A DNA stretch of 64,000 nt from Candidatus Eiseniibacteriota bacterium (lineage in GTDB: Bacteria > Eisenbacteria > RBG-16-71-46). A model generated the notes under the pieces. It worked only from the letters and a program-made list of their open reading frames with translations, did not search any database and had not been told where the DNA came from. Of this stretch, positions 43,190 to 52,284 are shown in pieces; positions within the stretch are counted from its first letter, which is position 1; every line of letters starts with the position of its first letter. The stretch spans positions 360,353 to 424,352 of the forward strand of contig CAVZLN010000008.1 in the NCBI GenBank assembly GCA_963776245.1, read 5' to 3'. The translations under genes and the position numbers were made by a program.

Positions 43190-44166
43190 CGGCCCGGCCG
43201 TTCGAGCGGCGGGGGGATGATGCGCGGCGGCGCCCCGGGCACCTGCACCACCGCCGGGCGCGGCACCGAGGTGCTCGGCTGCGGCGCGCGGGTGGGCGGC
43301 ATCATCGGCCACGGCGTCGCCGCTGGCCCCGCCGGGAAGGGCGCGGGCCGCGGCGGCGCGACGGCCGGATCCGAGGCGGGCCGCGGCGGCGCGGGCGCCA
43401 GCGGGCGCGCGGTGGGCAGGGGCAGCGCGGGCGCCACCGGGCGCGCGGCCACCGTGGCGGCGGTGCGGACGGGCGCCACGGTGGCGGCGACGGGCCGCGC
43501 GGCGATCGCCACGCCCCCGCCGCTCGTCGGCGGCGCGGCGGACGGCACGCCGGCGCCCGGCCGGGCCGGCTGGGTCAGCGCACCGAGCCTCCCGAGCACC
43601 GCCTTGCAGGCGGCGCGCAGCGTCTCGGTGACCCCGGTGCCCTTCACCGCGACGGCCTCGAACTCCACCGCGCCCCCGGGGTTCAGCGCGTCGTGCAGGC
43701 GCGCGAGCGGCAGCGCGCCGGGCAGGTCACGCTTGTTGAACTGGAACACCCACGGGATGCGCATCAGCTGGGCGGGGGTCAGGCCCATGGTCTTGAGGTG
43801 CTCGAAGGTGTCGGCCAGCGAGTCGAGGTTGGCGCTCTCGCGCGAGGGATGCGAGTCGGCGACGAACACGATGCCGTCGAGGCCCTGGAGCACCGCGCGG
43901 CGCGACAGCCGGTAGTACACCTGCCCGGGCACGGTGTAGAGATGGAAGCGGGTCGAGAAGCCGTTCACCGGCCCGAGGTCGATCGGCAGGAAGTCGAAGA
44001 ACAGCGTGCGCTCGTGGTCGGTCGAGATCGAGAGCAGCCGGCCGCGGCGCTCGGGGGGCAGCCGGTCGTGGAGGGCGCGCAGATTCGTGGTCTTGCCCCC
44101 GGCTCCGGGGCCGACGTACACGATCTTGAAGTGGATCTCGCGCGCGCGATGATTGATGAGCGCCAT
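43186..44166 (-). CDS. mglA: MglA-type Ras-like GTPase with a ~130-aa Pro/Ala-rich C-terminal extension
   Basis: MALINHRAREIHFKIVYVGPGAGGKTTNLRALH...TLFFDFLPIDLG...RFHLYTVPGQVYY...VFQFNKRDLP closely follows Myxococcus MglA. Residues from about 197 to 326 are low-complexity P/A-rich. Confidence 0.8.
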   Translation of the reverse strand: MALINHRAREIHFKIVYVGPGAGGKTTNLRALHDRLPPERRGRLLSISTDHERTLFFDFLPIDLGPVNGFSTRFHLYTVPGQVYYRLSRRAVLQGLDGIVFVADSHPSRESANLDSLADTFEHLKTMGLTPAQLMRIPWVFQFNKRDLPGALPLARLHDALNPGGAVEFEAVAVKGTGVTETLRAACKAVLGRLGALTQPARPGAGVPSAAPPTSGGGVAIAARPVAATVAPVRTAATVAARPVAPALPLPTARPLAPAPPRPASDPAVAPPRPAPFPAGPAATPWPMMPPTRAPQPSTSVPRPAVVQVPGAPPRIIPPPLERPGR

Positions 44167-44203
44167 CGTGTCCCGTGCAGAGAGGCCGGACTGCCGCGGG
44201 CCG

Positions 44204-44704
44204 TCAGTCGCCGAACAGCGCGTCGACCTCGAGGCCGGCGGCCAACGCGAACTCGGGCGCTCCGTCCTCGAGCGCGGCCTCGACCGGCTCGCCGATCCCC
44301 ACCTTCTGGAACAGGCCGCGGAACACCCCGTCGAGGTCCGCCGAGGCCTTCTGGGCGCGGAAACGCACCAGGCCCAGCGTGCTGCGGCGGTCGAACACGG
44401 TGCTCATGATGACGCGGTCGGCCAGCAGGCAGGAGTGCACGCTGCGGCCCTTGCCCTCGCTCACCACCGCGTTCACGGACGAGTCCCCGAGCAGGTTCGC
44501 AAGCTCGGCGTTGGCGGTGAAGTCCGCGGCCACCAGGCTCGCGAAGGCGGTCGCGTCGAAGTCACCCGTGCGTCCGGCGGTGGTGATGAGCTGGCCGGAG
44601 CGGTCGACGAGATGGATGGAGAGGGCGTTCGTCCTCTCGAGCATCTCGTTGAGGATGGCGTCGATCGATCGAAAGTCGTTTTCGAACAGAGTCCATTGAG
44701 GCAT
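44204..44704 (-). CDS. mglB: Roadblock/LC7 domain protein, MglB-like GAP
   Basis: 166 aa: ...LERTNALSIHLVDRSGQLITTAGRTGDFD...FASLVAADFTA..., immediately upstream of mglA. Confidence 0.7.
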   Translation of the reverse strand: MPQWTLFENDFRSIDAILNEMLERTNALSIHLVDRSGQLITTAGRTGDFDATAFASLVAADFTANAELANLLGDSSVNAVVSEGKGRSVHSCLLADRVIMSTVFDRRSTLGLVRFRAQKASADLDGVFRGLFQKVGIGEPVEAALEDGAPEFALAAGLEVDALFGD

Positions 44705-44879
44705 GGCACCCCCCCGCCTCCGGCGGATGAGTCACCTGATGAAAGACTCCGTGGCACGTCCGTGTTCCGGGCGCATTGGTAACACGGTGCGCTGGAAACG
44801 ACAAGCGGATTCGCGCTCGTCGCGGCGGGTGCCAGGCGCTTCCGGGCCGAACGCGCGACGCGGTGCGACGCGCGACGGC

Positions 44880-46721
44880 TCAGCGGCGCTGGCCGGCGTT
44901 GCGCAGGACGGGCGCCGCGTCGTCGAGCAGCCCGATCGGGACCTCGCCCGCGTCGGCGATCGGTCCGGTGCCGAGGTGGAGCAGGCCGGCGCGCAGCGCG
45001 GCGGTGGCCATCTCCTGCTGATCCGCGGCGGGGATCCACCCGCGCGTGCGGAGGTCCCGGGCGGGCAGCATCAACAGCACGGGCGGCGGTCCGCCTGCCG
45101 CGGCGGATGGCCCGCCGATCGCGCGGCGCGCCAGCCGACCGACCTGGCCCGCCGAAAGGCGGCCGGGGCCGGGCTCGATCACCGCGAGTCCACCGCCGCG
45201 CAGTACGTCGCGGTAGTCCAGGGCGAAGCGCTCGTCGAGCCCCGTGCGCCCGACCGCGGCAGCGGGCAGCGCGCGGGCGAAGGCGCACTCCGGCCGCCAC
45301 GCGCGCACCGCCTGCTCGCAGTCCGCGAGCAGGCCGCGGATGGCGGCGCTCTTGGCGGCCGCGTCCCCGGCCCCGCTCGCCAGCCGCTCGCCGGGGGCCA
45401 TGAGCGCGTCGTCGTCGAACAGCACGCCGTCCACCGGCAGGTAGACCGCGAGGTCGGTGAGGAAGTCCACCGCCGCGCGGCGCGCCTCGGGCAGCTCGGG
45501 CGAGAGCCGCGTGCTCCATCGTTCTCCGGTGGCGTGGGCCACCCGCCATTCGGGGTGACGGTCCCAGTCCCAGGTCAGGTTCATGGTCGGCACGCGCACC
45601 CACACGTGGATGCGGGCGGCGGCGAAGCGGGCCGCCACCATCGACCACACGTCCGCCAGCACCGGAAGCTGATGGTTCATGGCGTAGGCGCGCGTCAGCC
45701 GGCCGTCTCCGCGCGGGTCGGGGCAGACCGGCAGAATGACGTCCGTGGCGCCGAGCGCGCGGGCGCGCGTCACCACGCGGTCGAGCCGCGCGCTGAACAC
45801 GCCGTCGTCGGGATCCCAGATCGAGTCGAGGTCCACTTCCGCCGCGCGCACCGCGGCGGGCGGCGCGGTGAGCCACGGGTGCGCGGGATCGGCGAACTCC
45901 ATGCGCCGGGTGACCATCACGCGCGGCAGCAGGCCCGCGCGCAGGTCCGCGGCGGACACCGGCCGGCCGCCGAGCGCCAGTGTGGCGGTGAAGCCGGCGT
46001 GCGCGGCGAGCCCGCGCGCCATCTCGTTGTGCATCCCGTAGGGCCACACCAGCACCGCGGCCGGATGCCCAAGGCGCGCGGTGAGCGCGCGCTGGGAGGC
46101 GAGCAGGTCCTCTCCCACCCGGCTGCGGTACTCCTCGCGGTCCTCGTAACGCTGCTCGGCCGCCCGCCAGGCGCGCGTGGCGATCGCCGGCGCGCTGTCC
46201 CCCTGAGGGTCGGAGGTGACGAACTCGTGCTGCGCGTGCGCGTGCGAGGCCATCTCCACCTCGCCGGCGGCATCGAGGCGACGCAGCTCGGCCCACGACA
46301 GCAGCGGTGGCAGGCCCGCCGGAGGCCGCTCGGGGAACGACGTCACGATCGCGAGCGTGGCGCGCACGCCCTCGGCGCGCAGCACCGGCAGCGCGCGCTC
46401 GGCGAAGCTCCGGTAGCCGTCGTCGAAGGTGAGCACCATGGTGCGCGCGGGCAGGCGCTCGGGGTGATCGCGCAGCGCCAGCAGCTCGGCCAGCGATACG
46501 AACGTCCACCCGGCGGCCTTGCAGGCGCGGATCTGCTCGCGCAGGAACTCGGGCGGCACGGTCTGGAGCGGCGCCGCGGGGTCGCTCGAGAGGTCGTGGT
46601 AGCAGAGAATGGCGATCAGCGGGAAGGCCGTCGCGCTGTCGCGCGGCGCCGGCGCGGCCGCCGCGCCGGCATGCGCCAGCGCCACCAGCGCCAGTGCCGA
46701 CAGCGCGCCCCGCGCGCGCAC
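44880..46721 (-). CDS. pgaB: poly-beta-1,6-N-acetyl-D-glucosamine N-deacetylase PgaB-like (NodB deacetylase plus GH-like C-domain)
   Basis: From the GTG at 46721: signal peptide, ILCYHDL...LTFDDGYRS...ASHAHAQHE...WPYG, then a C-terminal TIM-like domain (HVWVRVPTMNL...VDGVLFDDDA). Confidence 0.75.
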   Translation of the reverse strand: MRARGALSALALVALAHAGAAAAPAPRDSATAFPLIAILCYHDLSSDPAAPLQTVPPEFLREQIRACKAAGWTFVSLAELLALRDHPERLPARTMVLTFDDGYRSFAERALPVLRAEGVRATLAIVTSFPERPPAGLPPLLSWAELRRLDAAGEVEMASHAHAQHEFVTSDPQGDSAPAIATRAWRAAEQRYEDREEYRSRVGEDLLASQRALTARLGHPAAVLVWPYGMHNEMARGLAAHAGFTATLALGGRPVSAADLRAGLLPRVMVTRRMEFADPAHPWLTAPPAAVRAAEVDLDSIWDPDDGVFSARLDRVVTRARALGATDVILPVCPDPRGDGRLTRAYAMNHQLPVLADVWSMVAARFAAARIHVWVRVPTMNLTWDWDRHPEWRVAHATGERWSTRLSPELPEARRAAVDFLTDLAVYLPVDGVLFDDDALMAPGERLASGAGDAAAKSAAIRGLLADCEQAVRAWRPECAFARALPAAAVGRTGLDERFALDYRDVLRGGGLAVIEPGPGRLSAGQVGRLARRAIGGPSAAAGGPPPVLLMLPARDLRTRGWIPAADQQEMATAALRAGLLHLGTGPIADAGEVPIGLLDDAAPVLRNAGQRR

Positions 46722-46723
46722 GC

Positions 46724-48205
46724 TCAGAAGCTCCAGGTGAGCGAGGCCTGCCACCAGGCCCGCCGATAGCCGATCTCGCTCTGCAGGCTCGAATCGCTGC
46801 GCCCGCCCTCGAGCGCGCAGGCGAGGGAGCGGGCGAACGTCCGCTCGACGCTGCCGCCGAGGGTGTAGAACGAGGTCGCCTCGCTGCCCTTCTCCCGTTG
46901 CCGGCCGGCCTGCCCGGTGGCGCCCAGCGTCCACTCCTCGCGCGGGTGCCACTCGGCCTCGGCGCCCGGGCCCCATTCGCGATGGAAGTCGGGAGCGTAG
47001 TAGCCGTGGTCGGGGTCCCGGCGCGTGTTGAGCTGCTCGGTGCCGAGACTGAGCGCGAGTTCGCCCCGTGGGCCGGAAGCCACCCGCCAGCGCGCCGCGG
47101 CGGCCACGCGCTCCGCGCGGTTCTGGTCGCTGTAGAGCCCCTCGCGCGCCACGGCGTGGAGCGTGAGCCGCTCGATCGGCGACAGGTCCACCGCGCCGGT
47201 CCAGCCCAGCATCGAGATGCCGAGCGCCAGCGCGCGGCGGGTGAGCACCGGTTCGCGCGCGACCACCGCCTCGAGGCGCACGCGATCCACCGGCCGGCAC
47301 ACCACGCCCAGCTCGCCGCCCGGCTCCACGCCGGGAGCGTCGCCCCAGTCGGTGTGGGCGAACGTGCCGTAGGCCGACCACACCACGTCGAATCGCGCCC
47401 GCAGCCCGGCGGAGAGCCGCAGCGGGTCGGCGGTGCCGTCGGCGTCCATCACGTTGTCGCGGTGCCAGCCGACCACGCCCGCGGCGCCGCGCGCGAGCGG
47501 CCAGCTCAGCTCCATGCCGGTCGAGCGCACGCGCAGCTCGTCGCTGTCGTCCGCGCGGCCGCCCTCGATGCGCAGGCTGGCACCCTCCTCCCGCGCGATG
47601 CGGGCCGCCAGCTCGCGGGCCTCGCGGTCGTCGGACACGCGCCGCCCGTACGCATCGAGCGCCCGCCGCGCGCCGTCGGGGTCGCCATCCCAGTAGCGCG
47701 CGAACGCCAGCGCCTTGAGCGCGTCGGGATCGCTCCCGGGCTCGCCCGCCAGCGCCTCGAGTTGCCGCGCCGCGCGGCGGTGGCGGCCCTGCCAGTTCTC
47801 CTGCATCGCCAGCGCGAGCCGCGCCGCGGCGAGATCGGCGCGCAGTTCGTCCGCGCGCTCGGGATGGTCCGCCACCAGCCGCTCGTAGAGGACGACCGAC
47901 TCGCGGGCGTGGCCCGCCTCGCCGGTGATCCCCGCCTGCAGCCAGCGCAGGCCGAACTCGTCTCCCCCGCTCGCGAGGGCCACCCGAAGCACGGCCAGCG
48001 CCGAGTCGTAGCGCGCGCCGTCGGCCAGCGCCCGCGCCACGTACCACGGATCGTCCGCCGTGGTCGGCGCGAGAGCGGCCGTGACGCGCGCCGGCTGCAC
48101 CGCGCCGTTCGCCGGGCGGGCGGCGGCCGCCGGTGCCGCGGTCAGCGCGAGCCCGATGACGACCGCGAGGAGCGGGGCCCACCCATGCGTGCGCGCGGCG
48201 CTCAT
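46724..48205 (-). CDS. pgaA: outer-membrane exopolysaccharide export porin, PgaA-like (TPR-like N-terminus plus beta-barrel ending in WSF)
   Basis: From the ATG at 48205: signal peptide, helical repeats, then alternating-hydrophobicity strands and a terminal aromatic (...WWQASLTWSF). The assignment rests on architecture and operon context. ATGA overlap with the pgaC stop. Confidence 0.5.
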   Translation of the reverse strand: MSAARTHGWAPLLAVVIGLALTAAPAAAARPANGAVQPARVTAALAPTTADDPWYVARALADGARYDSALAVLRVALASGGDEFGLRWLQAGITGEAGHARESVVLYERLVADHPERADELRADLAAARLALAMQENWQGRHRRAARQLEALAGEPGSDPDALKALAFARYWDGDPDGARRALDAYGRRVSDDREARELAARIAREEGASLRIEGGRADDSDELRVRSTGMELSWPLARGAAGVVGWHRDNVMDADGTADPLRLSAGLRARFDVVWSAYGTFAHTDWGDAPGVEPGGELGVVCRPVDRVRLEAVVAREPVLTRRALALGISMLGWTGAVDLSPIERLTLHAVAREGLYSDQNRAERVAAAARWRVASGPRGELALSLGTEQLNTRRDPDHGYYAPDFHREWGPGAEAEWHPREEWTLGATGQAGRQREKGSEATSFYTLGGSVERTFARSLACALEGGRSDSSLQSEIGYRRAWWQASLTWSF

Positions 48206-49470
48206 CGCTGGGACTTCCACTGGGACACCGCGCCGCGGCGCGTCCGGCGCACCAGGCCGCCCGGGGTGGCGAACACGGTGATGAGCGACATCAGCATCCA
48301 GTACACGATCGGATAGCTCACCGCGACCGGGAAGTGGCGCAGCACGGTGCGGTCGTAGCGCGAGTCGAGCAGCACGCCGGTGAGCAGCTGGGTCACGCAC
48401 AGCGTGCCGATGGTCATGCCCCACCAGTTCGGGATCGGCGAGGCGCCGACCGGCGGCACGCCGACCGCGTACGAGAGCATCCACAGCGTGGTGAGCACCA
48501 GGAAGCAGTACGACCACGCGATCGAGAGCAGTGCCTCGTAGAACACCGGCCACATGCGGCGCATGCGCCAGGTGACCAGCAGGCGGGCGTGGCGGCGCAG
48601 CACCTGCGCCAGCCCGCTCGCCCAGCGCCGGCGCTGCTTGATGAGCGCGCCGAGCGTCGGTGGCACGTGCATCCACACCAGCGCGCGCGGCTCGTAGCGG
48701 ACGTCGTACGCGGCGCACTGGAGCTTCCACGTCATGTCGATGTCCTCGGTGGCCATCTCGGGGCTGTAGCACCCGACGTCGACGAGCGCGCTCTTGCGGA
48801 ACGCGCCCACCACGCCGGACATGGTGAGGATGCGTCCCCAGATGCGCTGCGCGCGGCGCAGCAGGCTCACGATCGAGGTGAACTCGATCAGCTGGAGCTG
48901 GGACAGGAAGGTCACGCGGTTCGCGACGCGCGGGTTGCCGGTCACCCCGGCGACCCGCGCGGACTCGAAGTGGGGCACCATCCAGCGCAGGATCTGCGGG
49001 TCGGGGCAGGCGTCGGCGTCCATGACCAGCAGGATCTCGCCGCGCAGGCAGGGCAGGGCGTCGTTCATCGCCATCGCCTTGCCCTCGTTGCGCTCCTTGG
49101 CGATCAGGCGCACCTTGCCGCGCTCCACGAACGGGCGCACCACCTCGCGGGTGGCATCGGTGGAGGCGTCGTCCACCACCACCACCTCGTAGCTCGGGTA
49201 GTCGATGCGGGTCGCCCAGTGCAGCGTCTGCGCGATGACCTTCTCCTCGCAGTACGCCGGGATCAGCACCGTGACCATCGGGTAGCGCGCGAGCGGCCGC
49301 GGCTCGGGCGAGCCCTCGTCGCCGCGCTCGCGGCGCACGTAGAAGTGGAGCCCGGTGGTCACCCACACCAGCGCGCTGAGCACCGGATAGACCGCGAAGA
49401 AGCCCAGCGCCCACGCGTACACGGGCTGGGTCTGCACCGCGACCAGGAAGTCGACCAGCGCGTGCTTCAT
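48202..49470 (-). CDS. pgaC: poly-beta-1,6-N-acetyl-D-glucosamine synthase (GT2)
   Basis: From the ATG at 49470: ...VTVLIPAYCEEKVI...VVVVDDASTD...LVMDADA...GNPRV...TEDIDMTWKLQ...QRRRWASG. Confidence 0.85.
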   Translation of the reverse strand: MKHALVDFLVAVQTQPVYAWALGFFAVYPVLSALVWVTTGLHFYVRRERGDEGSPEPRPLARYPMVTVLIPAYCEEKVIAQTLHWATRIDYPSYEVVVVDDASTDATREVVRPFVERGKVRLIAKERNEGKAMAMNDALPCLRGEILLVMDADACPDPQILRWMVPHFESARVAGVTGNPRVANRVTFLSQLQLIEFTSIVSLLRRAQRIWGRILTMSGVVGAFRKSALVDVGCYSPEMATEDIDMTWKLQCAAYDVRYEPRALVWMHVPPTLGALIKQRRRWASGLAQVLRRHARLLVTWRMRRMWPVFYEALLSIAWSYCFLVLTTLWMLSYAVGVPPVGASPIPNWWGMTIGTLCVTQLLTGVLLDSRYDRTVLRHFPVAVSYPIVYWMLMSLITVFATPGGLVRRTRRGAVSQWKSQR

Positions 49471-49910
49471 CCCGATCGCTCCGGCGTGCTCTCCGGCGGC
49501 CGGCCCACCGGCCCGCCGGTGGCGTAGATCTTGGCGCCGTGGCGCACGCGGACCGACACCACCGCCGCCACCGTGCAGATATCGGGCACGGTCGGCATGA
49601 GCACCTCGCGGCCGACGGTGTCGTGCGAGAAGTCCTCTGTCACCGCCCGCACGCTCCGGCGCGCGCCGCGCCGGCGGAAGATCCACACGTTGTGGAGCGT
49701 CCAGGCGACGGTGAGCGCCACGATGACCACCAGCGCGATGGCGACGAACAGCAGCGTGTAGCGGATCTCGGACGCGCCCACGCGACGGAACACCAGCCAC
49801 CACCAGTAGACGAACAGCGCCCAGCCGGCGATCGCCAGCACGGTGTGGAACGCGCGGCGGAGCGGCCCGGCCTGGGTCGGAGTGAGGCTCTGGCGATCTG
49901 GATCGACCAT
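49467..49910 (-). CDS. pgaD: PgaD-like small two-TM PNAG biosynthesis protein
   Basis: 147 aa with two TM helices (VLAIAGWALFVYWWWLVF and LLFVAIALVVIVALTVAWTL) followed by a basic stretch. ATGA overlap with the pgaC start. Confidence 0.5.
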   Translation of the reverse strand: MVDPDRQSLTPTQAGPLRRAFHTVLAIAGWALFVYWWWLVFRRVGASEIRYTLLFVAIALVVIVALTVAWTLHNVWIFRRRGARRSVRAVTEDFSHDTVGREVLMPTVPDICTVAAVVSVRVRHGAKIYATGGPVGRPPESTPERSG

Positions 49911-50136
49911 CGAGGACGTCCCTGCGCTCGAGTCGCGCGCCGGCGGACCGCGCCGCGGTGCGGCGGGCGGCCGGCACGGAGGGCCCCGGACTGGGGCCGA
50001 CCCCAGAGCTATCGGCAGTTCGGGGCCCCGGCTGGAGGGCGGGGGAACGCGGCCGCCGCGGCCCGCGGAGGGGCGCCCACGGCGGGCGGGTCACGGCCCG
50101 CGGAGGCGCGGGTGGAGCGCGCCGCCGCGGTGAGCC

Positions 50137-51340
50137 CTACCAGCCTCCGCCGTGGGCGGGCGGCAGTGGGCGGGTCACGGTCTGCGGGGGCGCGGGGGTC
50201 GCGGGGAGCACCGGCGTCGCGGGCGGCGCGGCGCCGGGCGGCCCGGGCCGGGTGCGCGGGATGGAGTCCCCCGCGGTGCGGCGCGGCGCGTCGTGCTCGT
50301 CCTCGATCTCGCCCACGATCTCCTCGAGGATGTCCTCGAGCGTCACGATGCCGAGGAAGTGATGGTCGGCGTCGCGCACCACCGCCATCGGGCGCTTCTC
50401 GCGCCGGAAGATCTGCGAGCAGGCGCGCCACCGGCAGGTCGGGCGCGACGAACAGCGCGGGGTACATGGCGTCCATCAGGATCACCAGGCCGCGCAGGCT
50501 GAAGAGGTGGAACAGGTCCTTGGTGTTGACGATCCCGACGATGTTGTCGGGCGTGTGCTCCCACACCGGCATGCGGGTGTGCGCGGTCTCGCGGGCGGTC
50601 TCCAGCACCTCGGCCTCGGAGGCGGCGAGCGAGAGCGTCACCACCTTCTCGCGCGGCACCATCGCGTCGCGCACCGTCTTGTCCGACAGCTCGAACAGAT
50701 TGCGCACGTAGGCCGCCTGGTCGGTGTCCATCAGGCCGGCCTCCTCGCTCTCCTCGACCAGCATGTCGAGCTCCTCGAGCGTGTGGACCTGCTCCTCGAC
50801 CCGCGCCGGCGGCAGGCGCATGACGCGCACGAAGAACCCGCTCGAGACGTTGATGAACGCGATGAAGGGTCGGAACAGGCGCCCGAACAGGAGCAGCGGC
50901 CCGCCGAGCAGGAGCGCGATCTGCTCGGCGCGCTGGAGCGCGATGGCCTTGGGCACCTGCTCGCCCAGCACGGTGTGCAGGTAGGTGATGACGAGGAACG
51001 CGAGCGCGATGGCGGCGCCGTGGACGAACACCTCGTCGATCGGGTGCGGGAGGCGCGCGAACAGCGGCACCAGCAGGTGGGCGATCGCGGGCTCGCCGAT
51101 CCAGCCCAGCCCCAGGCTCGTGAAGGTGATGCCGAGCTGGCAGGCGGCGATGGTGCCGTTGATGTCCTCGATCGCCGCCTTCACGGCGGTCGCGCCGAAC
51201 ACGCCCTTGTCGACCAGTTCGTCGACGCGCGTCCACCGTACGGTGACGATCGCGAACTCGGCCGCCACGAACACCGCGTTGAGCGCCACCAGCAGCGCCA
51301 GCCCGATCAGGGCCGAGGTATCGAGCAGGGGTTGGGGCAT
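50137..51340 (-). CDS. CNNM/TlyC-family transporter (DUF21 plus CBS pair), reading frame broken once
   Basis: [32 protein letters not shown]...[10 protein letters not shown]...CBS...VARLL, then after a slip near 50420-50430, [42 protein letters not shown]. Confidence 0.8.
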
Positions 51341-51359
51341 GGCGGGGTGGGGCGCGGCG

Positions 51360-51962
51360 CTACTCGTCGATCGCGCGGCGCCCGTCCATGGCGCGCGCCA
51401 GCGTGACGAGGTCCGAGTACTCCAGGTCCGAGCCCATCGGCACGCCGCGGGCGATGCGCGTGACGCGCACCCCGAGCGGCTGGAGCAGCTTCGAGAGGTA
51501 GAGCGCGGTGGCCTCGCCCGCCACGTTGGGATTGGTGGCGAGGATGATCTCCTGCACCTCGCCGGCCTTCATGCGCTCGAGCAGCTGGCGGATGCGCAGG
51601 TCGTCGGGATTGGTGCCGTCGAGCGGCGAGAGCGCGCCGCCCAGCACGTGGTAGCGCCCGCGGAACTGCGCGGTGCGCTCGATCGCGAGCATGTCGGCCG
51701 GCTGCTCGACCACGCACAGCACGCGCGCGTCGCGCTGCGGGTCCTGGCACAGCGCGCACGGGTCGTCCTCGGCGAAGTTGCCGCACACCGAGCAGAAGCC
51801 CACGCGCTCCTTCACCGCGCGGATCGCCTCGGCGAGGCGCAGCGCGTCCTCGCGCGGCGCGCGCAGCAGGTGGAGCGCCAGGCGCTGGGCGCTCTTCTGC
51901 CCGATGGTGGGGAGCTTGAGCAGCTCGTCGATCAGGAGCTCGAGGTACTTGGAGGAGTACAT
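51360..51962 (-). CDS. recR: recombination protein RecR
   Basis: [24 protein letters not shown]...[16 protein letters not shown]...Toprim [17 protein letters not shown]. Confidence 0.95.
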   Translation of the reverse strand: MYSSKYLELLIDELLKLPTIGQKSAQRLALHLLRAPREDALRLAEAIRAVKERVGFCSVCGNFAEDDPCALCQDPQRDARVLCVVEQPADMLAIERTAQFRGRYHVLGGALSPLDGTNPDDLRIRQLLERMKAGEVQEIILATNPNVAGEATALYLSKLLQPLGVRVTRIARGVPMGSDLEYSDLVTLARAMDGRRAIDE

Positions 51963-51981
51963 GGCGGAGGGGCCGGGCCGC

Positions 51982-52284
51982 TCAGAACGGCATCGCGATC
52001 CCGCCGGTGATCCTGGCGGTGGCCTCGTCCTTGTGCTTCTTCGCCGTGCCCTGCGCGTTCTTCACCGCGGTGACGATGAGGTCCTCCAGCAGCTCGCGGT
52101 CCGCGAGCGCCTCGGGCTTGATGCGCAGCTGCCGCAGCTCGCCATGACCGTTCACCGCCGCCTCGACCAGTCCGCCGCCGGCCGACTCGGCGGGCAGCAA
52201 CTCGTTCTCGAGCGTCTCGTTCATCTCGGTCATCAGGCGCTGCATCTTCTGCGCGGTCTTCACCATGTCGCCGAAGCTCTTCAT
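51982..52284 (-). CDS. ybaB: YbaB/EbfC nucleoid-associated protein
   Basis: [62 protein letters not shown] overlap with the dnaX stop. Confidence 0.9.
   Translation of the reverse strand: MKSFGDMVKTAQKMQRLMTEMNETLENELLPAESAGGGLVEAAVNGHGELRQLRIKPEALADRELLEDLIVTAVKNAQGTAKKHKDEATARITGGIAMPF

Noticed and set aside
43186-43580. The Pro/Ala-rich mglA tail region and its opposite-strand ORFs (43180-44409 +, 42918-43220 +) as separate genes.
   Set aside because: The opposite-strand products are Arg/Gly-rich nonsense. The tail is contiguous and in frame with the GTPase domain and ends in the ATGA overlap with pgpA.
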